A stretch of 64,000 nt of DNA from Christensenella sp. UBA1428 (GTDB taxonomy: Bacteria; Bacillota; Clostridia; Christensenellales; UBA1750): the NCBI GenBank assembly GCA_002329335.1, contig DCTY01000072.1, forward strand, positions 23,305 to 87,304. Reading direction: 5' to 3'. The stretch's first letter is position 1, and each line of letters opens with the position of its first letter. The position numbers and the translations under genes were made by a program. Below are positions 18,501-27,873 of this stretch, piece after piece. Below the pieces are notes generated by a model, which saw only the letters and a program-made list of their open reading frames with translations, was not told where the DNA came from and made no database searches.

Positions 18501-19660
18501 GCCTGATTCATAACAAGCGTCAGCTTAATTCTTCTTCCGGCGTGAGTGCGGGTGTTTTCGTACTGAATGTTATGCTCGTTAAACAGCCGACCAGCGTTCA
18601 CATTCAGGTGCTTGGTTAGCGTGTTGGGCTGCATATCCACCTTCAAAAGTTCCCGTAGCTCCGTGGGACTACCGCTCCACTCAGCACTGACAAAAGCTGC
18701 TACGGCCTCCAAGATCGGGTCTGGCGGCTCCCGATGCAGCTCGTTCTCCGTCTTTTCCAGATTCCAAATCTGCGTTTCCGGGTCTTTTTTTAGATAGAGA
18801 ATCTGATCCTGCTGGTCACGCCCCACCACATCAATGGTGGCATCCAAAGCGGTACGCTTTTTCTTCTGCATCAGCAGAGAGCCATCGGCGCAGCCAAGCA
18901 ACCCCGTCGTGCCGGAGATCATTTCAAAGCTGTCCCCAGCGGGCTGCTTCCGGGTGTGGTGGACAGTCAGGACACAGATGCAGTGCTTGTCCGCAAACTG
19001 TTTGAGCCTGCCAATGATTTCATAGTCGCTGGCATAGCTGTACGCCTCACCGCCGACCTCACGGATTTTCTGCATGGTATCAACAATAATCAGCTTGGTA
19101 TCGGTATGCTCCCGCATAAAATTTTCAAGCTGTTCATCCAGCCCATTCCCGATTTTTCCGGCTGCGGTGGCAAAATGAAGATTGGGCGTATCCTCTACAC
19201 CATACATCATAAACATCCGGCTCTGGATTCGTTGGTAGTCATCCTCCAAAGCGAGGTAAAGCACCGTTCCTTGGTGGACTTCGTACTCCCACAATTTTTG
19301 CCCGGTGCTGACATGGTAGGCGATCTGCGCCACCAGAAAGGACTTGCCGATTTTGGGCGCACCAGCCAAAATATAAGCCCCGGCGTAGAGCAGGCCGTCG
19401 ATGATCGGCGGTCTGCTCTTGTAGGTTGTCTGGAAAAGCTCGGTCATGGTGATGGTGTGGAGATAGTGCGGGTCGGTAAGCCTCTGCATCCTCCGGCACA
19501 TTTCCTCGAAACTTTCCCCAGAATTTTCAATCTGGTCATTGATTTCTGATTCAGAAGTGGGTATAATATTCTCAGAAATTGTTTGAAACGACTGCCCATC
19601 CTCTGCGCCAACAGAGGGAATCAGGGCGGTCTTTTCTTTTGTCTCAATCGTCATAGGCAC
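18497..19660 (-). CDS. RepA-like AAA (AAA_25-type) ATPase, putative element replication/maintenance protein
   Basis: Walker A LAGAPKIGKS, Walker B LIIVDTM and the VLTVHHTRK motif. Confidence 0.7.
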   Translation of the reverse strand: MPMTIETKEKTALIPSVGAEDGQSFQTISENIIPTSESEINDQIENSGESFEEMCRRMQRLTDPHYLHTITMTELFQTTYKSRPPIIDGLLYAGAYILAGAPKIGKSFLVAQIAYHVSTGQKLWEYEVHQGTVLYLALEDDYQRIQSRMFMMYGVEDTPNLHFATAAGKIGNGLDEQLENFMREHTDTKLIIVDTMQKIREVGGEAYSYASDYEIIGRLKQFADKHCICVLTVHHTRKQPAGDSFEMISGTTGLLGCADGSLLMQKKKRTALDATIDVVGRDQQDQILYLKKDPETQIWNLEKTENELHREPPDPILEAVAAFVSAEWSGSPTELRELLKVDMQPNTLTKHLNVNAGRLFNEHNIQYENTRTHAGRRIKLTLVMNQA

Positions 19661-19979
19661 TGTCCTCCTTCATTCCGTCCATAATTTCTGCAATCATGTG
19701 AATCGTGTCCATCAGCTCGTCGTTCACGCTGGCTCCTGCCTCAATGCGCCGCAGTTCGTTCAGCACAGCGGCGAACTGGTCACGCAGAGCCTTGTATACT
19801 CTGGGATTGCCCTGTACCACCACATCATGGCACAGAAGCCGCCGGGTGATATAGTCCTGCTTGGTCAGGCCGGACAGCTTCACGAAAACCTCAAGCTGCT
19901 CGTCCTCCTCCGGCGATACCCGGAACGCTACGGTTCGGTTCCTCCAACGGTTGTGGTTGTCCATGTTTTTTGCTGACAT
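19644..19979 (-). CDS. ribbon-helix-helix MobC-like relaxosome accessory protein
   Basis: RNRTVAFRVSPEEDEQLEVFVKLSGLTKQDYITRRLL is the typical MobC/RHH pattern. Confidence 0.6.
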   Translation of the reverse strand: MSAKNMDNHNRWRNRTVAFRVSPEEDEQLEVFVKLSGLTKQDYITRRLLCHDVVVQGNPRVYKALRDQFAAVLNELRRIEAGASVNDELMDTIHMIAEIMDGMKEDSAYDD

Positions 19980-19981
19980 AA

Positions 19982-21064
19982 TTAAGCTCCTTCCTCAATT
20001 CGTTCAAAGTTCAGTTTCTCGGCCATTTCCGTCTGGCGGGTCGGGAACAGGTGGGCGTAGCGGTAAGTGATGTCGATGCTTTCGTGTCCCACCCGGTCAG
20101 CGATTGCCAGAGCGGAGAAACCCATATCAATCAGAAGTGAAATGTGGGAATGTCTCAAATCGTGGATTCTGATACGCTTTACCCCGGTTTCCTTGCACCC
20201 CCGATCCATTTCACTGTGAAGGTAATGCTTGCTGATGGGGAAAATGCGGTCATCTTTTTCTGCGCTGTAGAACATCTTGATATAGTCCTGCATCTCCTCA
20301 CAGAGGAACTGCGGCATTTTAATGACCCGGTTGCTCTTTTTGGTTTTCGGGGTGGTGATGACATCCTGCCCCTTGAGCCGCTGGTAGGATTTGCTGATGG
20401 TCACGGTGCTGTTGGTGAAGTCAAAATCCGAAGCACTCAGAGCCAGCAGCTCGCCTTCCCGAATACCACACCAGTAGAGCATTTCAAAAGCGTAGTAGGA
20501 AATAGGCTTGTCCATCATGGCATCTGCGAATTTCAGGTACTCCGCTTTTGTCCAGAACAGCATTTCCTTCCGTTCCTCGCTGCCCATGTTTCCGGCCTTG
20601 GCTGCCGGATTGGATTGCAGCCCATAGTATTTGATAGCGTGGTTGAAAAGGGCGCTGAGTTGATTGTGGACGGTTTTCAGATAGGTGGTGGAGTAGGGCT
20701 TCCCCTTGGAATCCGTCAGGCTTCGGATCTCATTCTGCCAGTCGATCACATCTTTTGCCGTGATCTCTGACAGCTTCCGCTTTTTGAAATACGGCAGGAT
20801 TTTCTTCTGGATGATGCTCTCCTTGGTCAGCCAGGTATTCAGTTTCAGCTTGGGCTTTACATCCTTTTCATAGAGGCTGACGAAGCTCTCAAAGGACATG
20901 GTCACATCGGCCTGCTTCTGCATCAGGAACTCCCGCTCCCATGCCTGGGCTTCTTTCTTGGTGGCAAAGCCACGCTTGCACTTCTGCTTTCGTTCACCCT
21001 TCCAGTCGGTGAACCAGCACATGGCGTACCATGTGCCGCTGTCTGCGTTTTTGTATACGGACAT
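19982..21064 (-). CDS. int: tyrosine site-specific recombinase (integrase)
   Basis: 360 aa with an N-terminal arm-binding-like domain. Catalytic region: ...RIHDLRHSHISLL...GHESIDITYRYAHL (R..HxxR..Y). Confidence 0.9.
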   Translation of the reverse strand: MSVYKNADSGTWYAMCWFTDWKGERKQKCKRGFATKKEAQAWEREFLMQKQADVTMSFESFVSLYEKDVKPKLKLNTWLTKESIIQKKILPYFKKRKLSEITAKDVIDWQNEIRSLTDSKGKPYSTTYLKTVHNQLSALFNHAIKYYGLQSNPAAKAGNMGSEERKEMLFWTKAEYLKFADAMMDKPISYYAFEMLYWCGIREGELLALSASDFDFTNSTVTISKSYQRLKGQDVITTPKTKKSNRVIKMPQFLCEEMQDYIKMFYSAEKDDRIFPISKHYLHSEMDRGCKETGVKRIRIHDLRHSHISLLIDMGFSALAIADRVGHESIDITYRYAHLFPTRQTEMAEKLNFERIEEGA

Positions 21065-21066
21065 TG

Positions 21067-21291
21067 TTAGACGCTCCTTTCGGTCTGATTTTTGGTTGCG
21101 TAAAACTTCTCATGGAAGAACTTACGGTCAATGCGGCCTGCAATGGTGATGCAGCCTGTTTTCTTTAATTCCTCATTCATCTTGCGGATGAGCTTGTACG
21201 CATAGGGGATGGAAACATCCAATTCCTCAGCAACCTCCTCCACACGCATAAACATCTTTCCTGCCATAGGCACATACCTTCCTTTCCTCAT
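21067..21291 (-). CDS. small HTH DNA-binding protein, excisionase-like
   Basis: MRVEEVAEELDVSIPYAYKLIRKMN is a MerR/Xis-type HTH, and the gene lies immediately upstream of int. The true start may be the internal ATG near 21267. Confidence 0.65.
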   Translation of the reverse strand: MRKGRYVPMAGKMFMRVEEVAEELDVSIPYAYKLIRKMNEELKKTGCITIAGRIDRKFFHEKFYATKNQTERSV

Positions 21292-21530
21292 TTGTGGGTG
21301 TTGATATTCGTACTGCCGTTCTCCCTTTCAGACTCTGACAGGCAACCCTTTTCGGCGCTGTGTCGGTTTCATTTCTCCTTGGCAAGCTCATATCCTCGCT
21401 TACTTCCCCGGAGAAAGTATCTGTCTGGCGGTCATTCAGTTGTGCTTTCTTGAAATACCCCTCCTCACTTTACAACGGACATTTTCTCGCTGTTTTGTTG
21501 GTATCTGGATTGTAAAATTTTTACGAACTA

Positions 21531-21655
21531 AGCATATTTGTTTAGCTTACTTATACTATACTACACATTTCTGTTTAGGTCAAGTGGCTTGCGAAATAAA
21601 AATTAAACAAATTTGCTTCTGCTATCTTGACTATTCTAAACAAATATGCTATACT
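21531..21655. promoter_or_regulatory. back-to-back consensus promoters with three copies of a 14-15-bp operator half-site
   Basis: P(+): TTGACT(21627-32), 17 nt, TATACT(21650-55). P(-): TTGACC(21583-78), 17 nt, TATAGT(21560-55). AGCATATTTGTTTAG (21531-45) is the perfect inverted repeat of CTAAACAAATATGCT (21636-50). A third copy, TAAACAAATTTGCT, lies at 21604-17. Confidence 0.65.
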
Positions 21656-21685
21656 CACATTATCCAAATACATACGACAGGAGCG

Positions 21686-22213
21686 ATGGCTATGGCAATC
21701 GGTGAACGCATTCACTTTTTCCGTACCCTGCGGGGTATGACACAGAAATATCTCGGCACTCAGGTGGGCTTTCCCGAAAAGTCTGCTGATGTTCGCCTTG
21801 CTCAGTATGAAACCGGGACAAGAACCCCCAAAGCGGACATGACCACGGCCTTGGCGAATATCCTTGATGTATCTCCTCTTGCTCTGTCCGTGCCGGACAT
21901 TGATTCCTACATGGGGCTGATGCACACCCTCTTTACCTTGGAGGACAGATACGGTCTGGAAATCTGTGAATGTGACGGGGAAGTGAATCTCCGTGTCAAC
22001 ATTCGCCACGGCAAGGACGCCGCAGAACTGACCCGATCCCTGATTGCATGGCGGGAACAGGCTGCCAAGCTGGAAGCCGGGGAGATCACCAAGGAAGAAT
22101 ACGACCGCTGGCGTTACCGCTATCCTGAGTACGATACTTCAAGCATTCATGCCAAGGTGCCGTCCCAGCAACTCAGTGACTGGCTGGTGGAAGAACTGAA
22201 AAAGGACGAATAA
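21686..22213 (+). CDS. XRE-family transcriptional regulator (candidate element repressor)
   Basis: HTH IGERIHFFRTLRGMTQKYLGTQVG plus a C-terminal helical domain. AGGAG lies upstream of the ATG at 21686. The ORF upstream of that ATG is AT-rich promoter DNA. Confidence 0.8.
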   Translation: MAMAIGERIHFFRTLRGMTQKYLGTQVGFPEKSADVRLAQYETGTRTPKADMTTALANILDVSPLALSVPDIDSYMGLMHTLFTLEDRYGLEICECDGEVNLRVNIRHGKDAAELTRSLIAWREQAAKLEAGEITKEEYDRWRYRYPEYDTSSIHAKVPSQQLSDWLVEELKKDE

Positions 22214-22368
22214 CAAAAAACGGCCTTGCTGATTTTCAGAATCAACAAGACCGTTTTTCTATGCCCCTCTCAAAACTGCTTCACCTGCAAGCCAGTGTCT
22301 ACATGGCAACAAATAAAACAAATCGGTTTGGGGCGTTGGTTATCAAATTGTTATCAAAAGGCAAAAGG

Positions 22369-22408
22369 AAACCCCAAAAGCCCAGTGTTTCCAAGGCTTT
22401 TGGGGTTT
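22369..22408 (-). terminator. bidirectional hairpin terminator just downstream of the guaA stop (lies inside the element's right end)
   Basis: Perfect 14-bp stem AAACCCCAAAAGCC / GGCTTTTGGGGTTT with a 12-nt loop. A U-rich tail follows on the minus strand. Confidence 0.7.
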
Positions 22409-22414
22409 GGTTAA

Positions 22415-23953
22415 TTATTCCCACTCGATCGTGGCCGGCGGTTTTGATGTAATATCATAGACAACGCGGTTGACATGCGCGACTTCGTTGACGATCCGGT
22501 TTGAAACGGTTCTGAGGATATCATAAGGAATTTCCGCCCAATCGGCGGTCATAAAATCGGTTGTTGTCACCGCGCGCAGCGCGATGGTATAATCATAGGT
22601 TCGTCCATCCCCCATAACGCCGACCGAACGCATATTGGTAATAACGGCGAAATACTGGTTGACGCTGGTATCCAGTCCTGCTGCCTTGATCTCCTGACGG
22701 AAAATCGCGTCAGCATCTTTCAAAATATCCAATTTCTGTTTAGTAATATCGCCGATCACCCGCACGGCAAGGCCCGGCCCCGGAAACGGCTGGCGCCAGA
22801 CAAGATCATGCGCCAGGCCAAGTTCCGTGCCAAGTTTACGAACCTCGTCTTTAAACAGCAGCCGAAGCGGTTCAATGATTTCCTTAAAATCCACATAATC
22901 CGGAAGCCCGCCGACATTATGATGGCTTTTGATCACCGCCGCATCGCCCAGGCCGCTTTCTATCACATCCGGATAAATGGTGCCCTGCACCAGAAAATCC
23001 ACCGCGCCGATTTTTTTGGCTTCCTGTTCAAATACGCGGATGAATTCTTCACCGATGATTTTACGTTTACGCTCCGGGTCTGTTACCCCTGCCAGACGGG
23101 CAAGAAACCGATCGGCGCAGTTTACGCGTACAAAATTCAAATCAAACTGCTTGGTAAAGATTTCCTCAACCTCATCGCCTTCGTTCTTACGCAGCAAGCC
23201 ATGATCCAAAAACACGCAGGTAAGCTGTTTGCCCACCGCTTTGCTGATCATCACCGCCGCAACAGAGGAATCCACGCCGCCAGACAGTGCGCACAACACG
23301 CGTTTATCGCCGATTTTCCGACGAATATCCGCAATATACTGCTGCGCGTACCGACTCATCAGCCAATCGCCCTTTACCTTGCAGACGCGATAAAGAAAAT
23401 GGCGCAGCATCTGCGTGCCGTTTTGCGTGTGATTGACCTCCGGATGGAATTGCACGCCATAAATGCGTCTTTGGACGTCTTCAAACGCCGCTACAGGGCA
23501 GGAGTCGGTGCTGGCGGTTACTGAAAACCCTTCCGGCAGCGCAAAAACCTGATCGGTATGGCTCATCCAGCAAGCCTGCCGGGGCGCCATCGCTTCAAAC
23601 AGCGCGCTTTGATCCTGAACGCTTACATCGATCTTGCCATATTCCCGCTTGCCGGCCGGCCGCACCTGACCGCCCAGCAAATGCGCGATCAACTGTGCGC
23701 CGTAGCAAATACCCAAAATCGGAACGCCCAGCGAGAAAATCTCCGCCGAGCAGGCGGGCGACGCCGGATCGTACACGCTGTTTGGCCCCCCGGTAAAAAT
23801 AATACCGACCGGATGCATCGCGCGGATTTCCTCGACGCTCGTTTTATACGACTTTACCTCGCAGTAAACATTGCATTCCCGCACGCGTCTGGCAATCAGC
23901 TGGTTATACTGTCCGCCGAAATCCAATACCAAAACCAATTCGTTCACAGACAT
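22415..23953 (-). CDS. guaA: GMP synthase (glutamine-hydrolyzing)
   Basis: GATase domain, ATP-PPase motif SGGVDSS and C-terminus ...KPPATIEWE. Start set to the internal ATG at 23953; a GTG two codons later is also possible. Confidence 0.95.
   Translation of the reverse strand: MSVNELVLVLDFGGQYNQLIARRVRECNVYCEVKSYKTSVEEIRAMHPVGIIFTGGPNSVYDPASPACSAEIFSLGVPILGICYGAQLIAHLLGGQVRPAGKREYGKIDVSVQDQSALFEAMAPRQACWMSHTDQVFALPEGFSVTASTDSCPVAAFEDVQRRIYGVQFHPEVNHTQNGTQMLRHFLYRVCKVKGDWLMSRYAQQYIADIRRKIGDKRVLCALSGGVDSSVAAVMISKAVGKQLTCVFLDHGLLRKNEGDEVEEIFTKQFDLNFVRVNCADRFLARLAGVTDPERKRKIIGEEFIRVFEQEAKKIGAVDFLVQGTIYPDVIESGLGDAAVIKSHHNVGGLPDYVDFKEIIEPLRLLFKDEVRKLGTELGLAHDLVWRQPFPGPGLAVRVIGDITKQKLDILKDADAIFRQEIKAAGLDTSVNQYFAVITNMRSVGVMGDGRTYDYTIALRAVTTTDFMTADWAEIPYDILRTVSNRIVNEVAHVNRVVYDITSKPPATIEWE
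22416..22427 (+). repeat. attR core (direct repeat copy 2), overlapping the last codons and stop codon of guaA
   Basis: TATTCCCACTCG, identical to 13190-13201. Confidence 0.65.
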
Positions 23954-24069
23954 CCCCCCGAAAAAAACATGCACCCATGATAGCAAATTCCAGCAAAATG
24001 CGCAACCCACATCGAAAAAAAATTAAAATTCAATGAAAAAGGACTGCCGGCAAGGGCAGCCCTGATCTG

Positions 24070-24702
24070 TTATTTGGTTCCAAAAATCCGGTCGCCGGCA
24101 TCGCCCAGGCCCGGTACAATATAGCCGTGCTCATTGAGCTTCTCGTCGATAGCCGCCACATAGATATCCACATCCGGATGCGTCTTTTGAATATACTCGA
24201 TTCCCTCCGGACAGCCCACCAGGTTCACCAGTTTGATGGACTTGTTGCATCCGCGGTCCTTCAAAAACTGAATCGCCGCCGCCGCGCTGCCGCCGGTGGC
24301 CAGCATGGGATCTACCACGATCAAATCGCGCTGCTGCGCGTCAACAGGCAGTTTGCAGTAATATTCCACGGGCTTTAACGTCACCGGATCCCGGTAAAGA
24401 CCGATATGACCGATTTTCGCGTTCGGTACCAGCCTGACAAAACCGTCGACCATGCCCAGGCCGGCGCGCAAAATCGGAATAATGCCAATAGGCTTATTGG
24501 CGATCATCTTAAAAGTAGACGTCGCTACCGGCGTCTGTACCTGCACGTCCTTCAACGGCAGATCGCGCGTGACTTCATAGGCCATGAGCATGGCAATTTC
24601 GTTTAACAGCTCGCGAAATTCCTTTGTGCCGGTTTCCTGCGCGCGCATCATCGTCAGCTTATGCTGAATCAGCGGATGGTCAATTACACATACTTTACCC
24701 AT
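24070..24702 (-). CDS. upp: uracil phosphoribosyltransferase
   Basis: 210 aa with the typical Upp sequence ([12 protein letters not shown]..., PRPP-binding [11 protein letters not shown]). Confidence 0.95.
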   Translation of the reverse strand: MGKVCVIDHPLIQHKLTMMRAQETGTKEFRELLNEIAMLMAYEVTRDLPLKDVQVQTPVATSTFKMIANKPIGIIPILRAGLGMVDGFVRLVPNAKIGHIGLYRDPVTLKPVEYYCKLPVDAQQRDLIVVDPMLATGGSAAAAIQFLKDRGCNKSIKLVNLVGCPEGIEYIQKTHPDVDIYVAAIDEKLNEHGYIVPGLGDAGDRIFGTK

Positions 24703-24729
24703 GTCCGATACCTCCCAAAAATTGCTCCG

Positions 24730-25179
24730 TTATTCTTTTTCTTCCAGTTCCATCTGACGCACCATATCGATCCGGCGCTGATGCCGGCCACCCTCAAAGG
24801 GCGTTTCCAGCCACAGGCGCACAATTTGCAGCGCCAGCACCGTCCCGGTCAGATCCGCGCCCAGGGAAAGCACATTGGAATCGTTATGCATCCGGGTCAG
24901 CTTTGCGCTGTACAAATCCCCGCAAAGCGCGCATCGAATACCATGGACCTTATTGGCGGCAATACAGGCGCCAATACCGGTTCCGCAAAGCACGATTCCA
25001 CGATCACACTGACCCTGCTGCACCATTTTTGCCACACGCCGGATAAAGACAGGATAATCCGACATGTCCTTGCCGTCGCTGCCGCAGTCGGTCACCTCAA
25101 TGCCGCGCGCGCGCAGATCCTGCGCAATGGCGGCTTTGAGCGCAACGCCGTGATGGTCGCATCCGATCGCAACATGCAT
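24730..25179 (-). CDS. rpiB: ribose-5-phosphate isomerase B
   Basis: RpiB/LacAB family (MHVAIGCDHHG..., CGTGIGACIAANK). Start at the ATG at 25179, preceded by AAAGGAG. Confidence 0.9.
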   Translation of the reverse strand: MHVAIGCDHHGVALKAAIAQDLRARGIEVTDCGSDGKDMSDYPVFIRRVAKMVQQGQCDRGIVLCGTGIGACIAANKVHGIRCALCGDLYSAKLTRMHNDSNVLSLGADLTGTVLALQIVRLWLETPFEGGRHQRRIDMVRQMELEEKE

Positions 25180-25269
25180 GGGAATCACTCCTTTGGTCAG
25201 ATTGATTTTCATCTGACCCATTATAGCATCCCATGCAAGGCATTTCAAATAAAATCAACAATTTTCGAA

Positions 25270-25725
25270 TCAATTTTCCAAAATTTTCGACACGGCGTCA
25301 AAAATCTGACGGGCGCACCGGCGATAAACGTCCTCATCCCCGCCAAAAGGATCCTCCACCGGCTGATACGCGCCAAACGCATACTGTGTCAGCGTATGAA
25401 TTTTCTGGCAGAACTGCGGATATTTTGCCAGCAGCGCCTGCTGATGGCTCTGCTGCATGCACAAAATGACATCCGCCCGTGCAAGCATCTGCGCAGTAAC
25501 CGTCTGCGCCTGATGCAGGGTCAAATCCGCGCCGTAATCCTCCATTGCGCACTGCGCCCCCAGGGACGCCGGCATTCCCTCACAGGCCATAATGCCCGCG
25601 CTGGTGGCAAAGGTATCCAGCCCACGCTGCCTGGCCAACAGGTTATAAAGCGCCTGTGCCATGGGCGAACGGCAGGTATTGCCCGTACAGACAAATAAAA
25701 CGTGTTCAGCCAACGGATGCATCAT
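25270..25725 (-). CDS. low-molecular-weight protein phosphatase (YwlE-like arginine/tyrosine phosphatase)
   Basis: P-loop VLFVCTGNTCRSPMA. Synteny tsaC-ywlE-rpiB as in Bacillus. GGGAGG lies 5 nt upstream of the ATG at 25725. Confidence 0.85.
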   Translation of the reverse strand: MMHPLAEHVLFVCTGNTCRSPMAQALYNLLARQRGLDTFATSAGIMACEGMPASLGAQCAMEDYGADLTLHQAQTVTAQMLARADVILCMQQSHQQALLAKYPQFCQKIHTLTQYAFGAYQPVEDPFGGDEDVYRRCARQIFDAVSKILEN

Positions 25726-26779
25726 GCGTACCTCCCTGCGGCGCAACCCGTTCCACCTGAAATGCCGCCGCGCGCAAAAGCCGGTTCATCAGCGCCAGCC
25801 CCATACCGGACGCCGGCACGCTCTGGCAAAAAATGATCTGCGTTTTCCCATCATCCAGCGCGCGCAGCGCGTCAAAAAGCGCCGAAGCATAAGCGGCGTC
25901 ATCTGCACCCGCATCCCATACGCGCACATGCTGGGGCAAAAGCGCCGCAAGCGCATGCTTGACTACCGCAGCGCAGCACAGGCCATGTTCCTGCGTAAAG
26001 CGCGCCACATGGCGGGCAATGTCCGCATCCGCGCCTTCCAACACCAGCACGCGCGCGAAACGCGGCGCATAGTGCTTGTGCTTCAACCCGGGAGAGCGCG
26101 CAACCTCTCCCTCGCCAAGAGACGCCATCACACCGCCGCCGATGCGCACCCGCCCCAGCGCCTGCGTAAGCATTTCAAACGTCACCGCCCCCGGGCGCAG
26201 CAGCACCGGCACGTCGCCGGTCAGATCCACGACCGTGGACTCCACCCCGAAACCGCATGCGCCGCCGTCGAGAATCAGCGGAATTCTGCCCTGCATATCC
26301 TGCAAAACATGCTCCGCGCGCGTCGGGCTTGGCAATCCGGACCGGTTGGCGCTGGGCGCGGCAATCGGTACGCCCGCAGCGCGGATCACTTCCTGCGCCG
26401 CAGGATGGGACGGCATTCGCACCGCAACCGTATCCAGTCCCGCCGTAACTTCAAAGGGAATCCGATCGCTTTTTCTTAAAATAATCGTCAAAGGCCCCGG
26501 CCAGTATCGTTGCATGAGCCGGCGCGCGTTTTCCGGAACGTCCGCAACCAGGGGTGCAAGCTGGGAATCTTCGGCAATGTGTACGATCAGCGGATTATCC
26601 TGCGGACGGCCCTTCGCCTGAAAAATCGCTTCAACGGCCCGGCTGTCAAACGCATTGGCGCCAAGACCATAAACCGTTTCCGTTGGGAAAGCCACCACCT
26701 CGCCCTGCGCGAGCAGCCTCCCGGCCAGCGCAACCGAATCGGGGTTGACCGGCAGGCACTGTGTCTGATATGTTTTCAT
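25706..26779 (-). CDS. tsaC: L-threonylcarbamoyladenylate synthase (Sua5/YwlC type, with Sua5 C-domain)
   Basis: YrdC-like fold motifs VAFPTETVYGLGANAF and APSANRSG. Its 357-aa length implies the extra Sua5 domain. Confidence 0.85.
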   Translation of the reverse strand: MKTYQTQCLPVNPDSVALAGRLLAQGEVVAFPTETVYGLGANAFDSRAVEAIFQAKGRPQDNPLIVHIAEDSQLAPLVADVPENARRLMQRYWPGPLTIILRKSDRIPFEVTAGLDTVAVRMPSHPAAQEVIRAAGVPIAAPSANRSGLPSPTRAEHVLQDMQGRIPLILDGGACGFGVESTVVDLTGDVPVLLRPGAVTFEMLTQALGRVRIGGGVMASLGEGEVARSPGLKHKHYAPRFARVLVLEGADADIARHVARFTQEHGLCCAAVVKHALAALLPQHVRVWDAGADDAAYASALFDALRALDDGKTQIIFCQSVPASGMGLALMNRLLRAAAFQVERVAPQGGTHDASVG

Positions 26780-26783
26780 CCCG

Positions 26784-27851
26784 TTACACTTCCTGATTTT
26801 GATGCTGCAGCTTTTCTGTGCGCTCAGCCAGCGTCAGCGCATCGATCATTTCGTCCATATCGCCGTTTAAAAATGCGTCCAGCTTATAGATCGTCTTGCC
26901 GATGCGATGATCGGTCACGCGTCCCTGCGGAAAATTATAGGTGCGGATGCGCTCGCTGCGGTCGCCCGTACCGACCTGACTTTTCCGATCCGCGCTAAGC
27001 TGGCTGTTTTGTTCCTGAAGCGCTTTATCGTACAGCTTCGCACGCAGCATCTGCATCGCGCGCTCGCGGTTTTGAATCTGGCTGCGCTCGTTTTGGCACT
27101 GCACCACGATCCCTGTCGGCAAATGCGTAATACGCACGGCCGAGTCCGTCCGGTTGACGTGCTGGCCGCCCGCGCCGCCGGCGCGATACGTATCGATACG
27201 CAGATCGGTGGGATTGATCTGGACGTCAACCTCCTCCGCCTGAGGCATAATCGCCACGGTTACGGTTGACGTATGAATCCGTCCCTGAGACTCCGTTTCC
27301 GGCACCCGCTGTACGCGATGCACGCCGCTTTCGTATTTAAACCGGCTGTAAGCGCCCTTGCCGGAAATGGTAAAAACAACTTCCTTCAGCCCGCCAAGCT
27401 CGGTCAGGTTTTCATCCACCATCTCGCAGGTCAGCCGGTGCGCGTCGGCATAGTGGGTGTACATGCGTACCAGCTCCATGCCAAACAGCCCGGCCTCGTC
27501 GCCGCCAGCGCCGGCGCGCACCTCAACGACCACGTTTCGGTCGTCGTTGATATCCTTTGGCAGCATCAAAATCTGCAATTCCTGCTCCGCAGCCATCTTT
27601 TTTTCACCCAGCTCGTCCAGTTCCGCCTGCGCCATTTCACGCATATCCGGAAACTCGAGCATCTCCCGCGCCTCATCCATATGCTTTAGCAGCTGGGTAT
27701 ACTGCGCATAGGCCTCGACAATCGGCGCCAGCTCGCTTTGCTCTTTCATCAGCCTGCGCCAGCGTTCCTGATCGGCAATCACATCCGGCTGAGCAATGAG
27801 TATATTGATTTCGTCAAACCGCGCGCGCAGCGCGTCCAATCGGGTGAACAT
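26784..27851 (-). CDS. prfA: peptide chain release factor 1
   Basis: GGQ motif (RAGGAGGQHVNRTDSAVRITHLPTG) and RF-1-type N-terminus. Confidence 0.95.
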   Translation of the reverse strand: MFTRLDALRARFDEINILIAQPDVIADQERWRRLMKEQSELAPIVEAYAQYTQLLKHMDEAREMLEFPDMREMAQAELDELGEKKMAAEQELQILMLPKDINDDRNVVVEVRAGAGGDEAGLFGMELVRMYTHYADAHRLTCEMVDENLTELGGLKEVVFTISGKGAYSRFKYESGVHRVQRVPETESQGRIHTSTVTVAIMPQAEEVDVQINPTDLRIDTYRAGGAGGQHVNRTDSAVRITHLPTGIVVQCQNERSQIQNRERAMQMLRAKLYDKALQEQNSQLSADRKSQVGTGDRSERIRTYNFPQGRVTDHRIGKTIYKLDAFLNGDMDEMIDALTLAERTEKLQHQNQEV

Positions 27852-27873
27852 GGCAACACTCCTGTATCGTCGC

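Larger units (their letters stand above)
13190..22427. mobile_element. integrative mobilizable element inserted in the 3' end of guaA (coordinates include both 12-bp direct repeats)
   Basis: Bounded by the 12-bp direct repeat TATTCCCACTCG. Carries int, an xis-like HTH, an XRE repressor, a MobC-like RHH, a RepA-like AAA ATPase and a MobV remnant. GC is lower than the flanks by eye. Confidence 0.7.

Noticed and set aside
21440-21685. Long N-terminal extension of the XRE ORF (257-aa version)
   Set aside because: The extension runs through the AT-rich divergent promoter/operator region. An internal ATG at 21686 with AGGAG gives a standard HTH N-terminus.
23954-24069. Purine riboswitch upstream of guaA
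   Set aside because: The interval contains the upp terminator and a TTGCGC-17-TATCAT promoter. That leaves a leader of only about 30 nt, too short for a purine aptamer, and no conserved aptamer motifs are seen.
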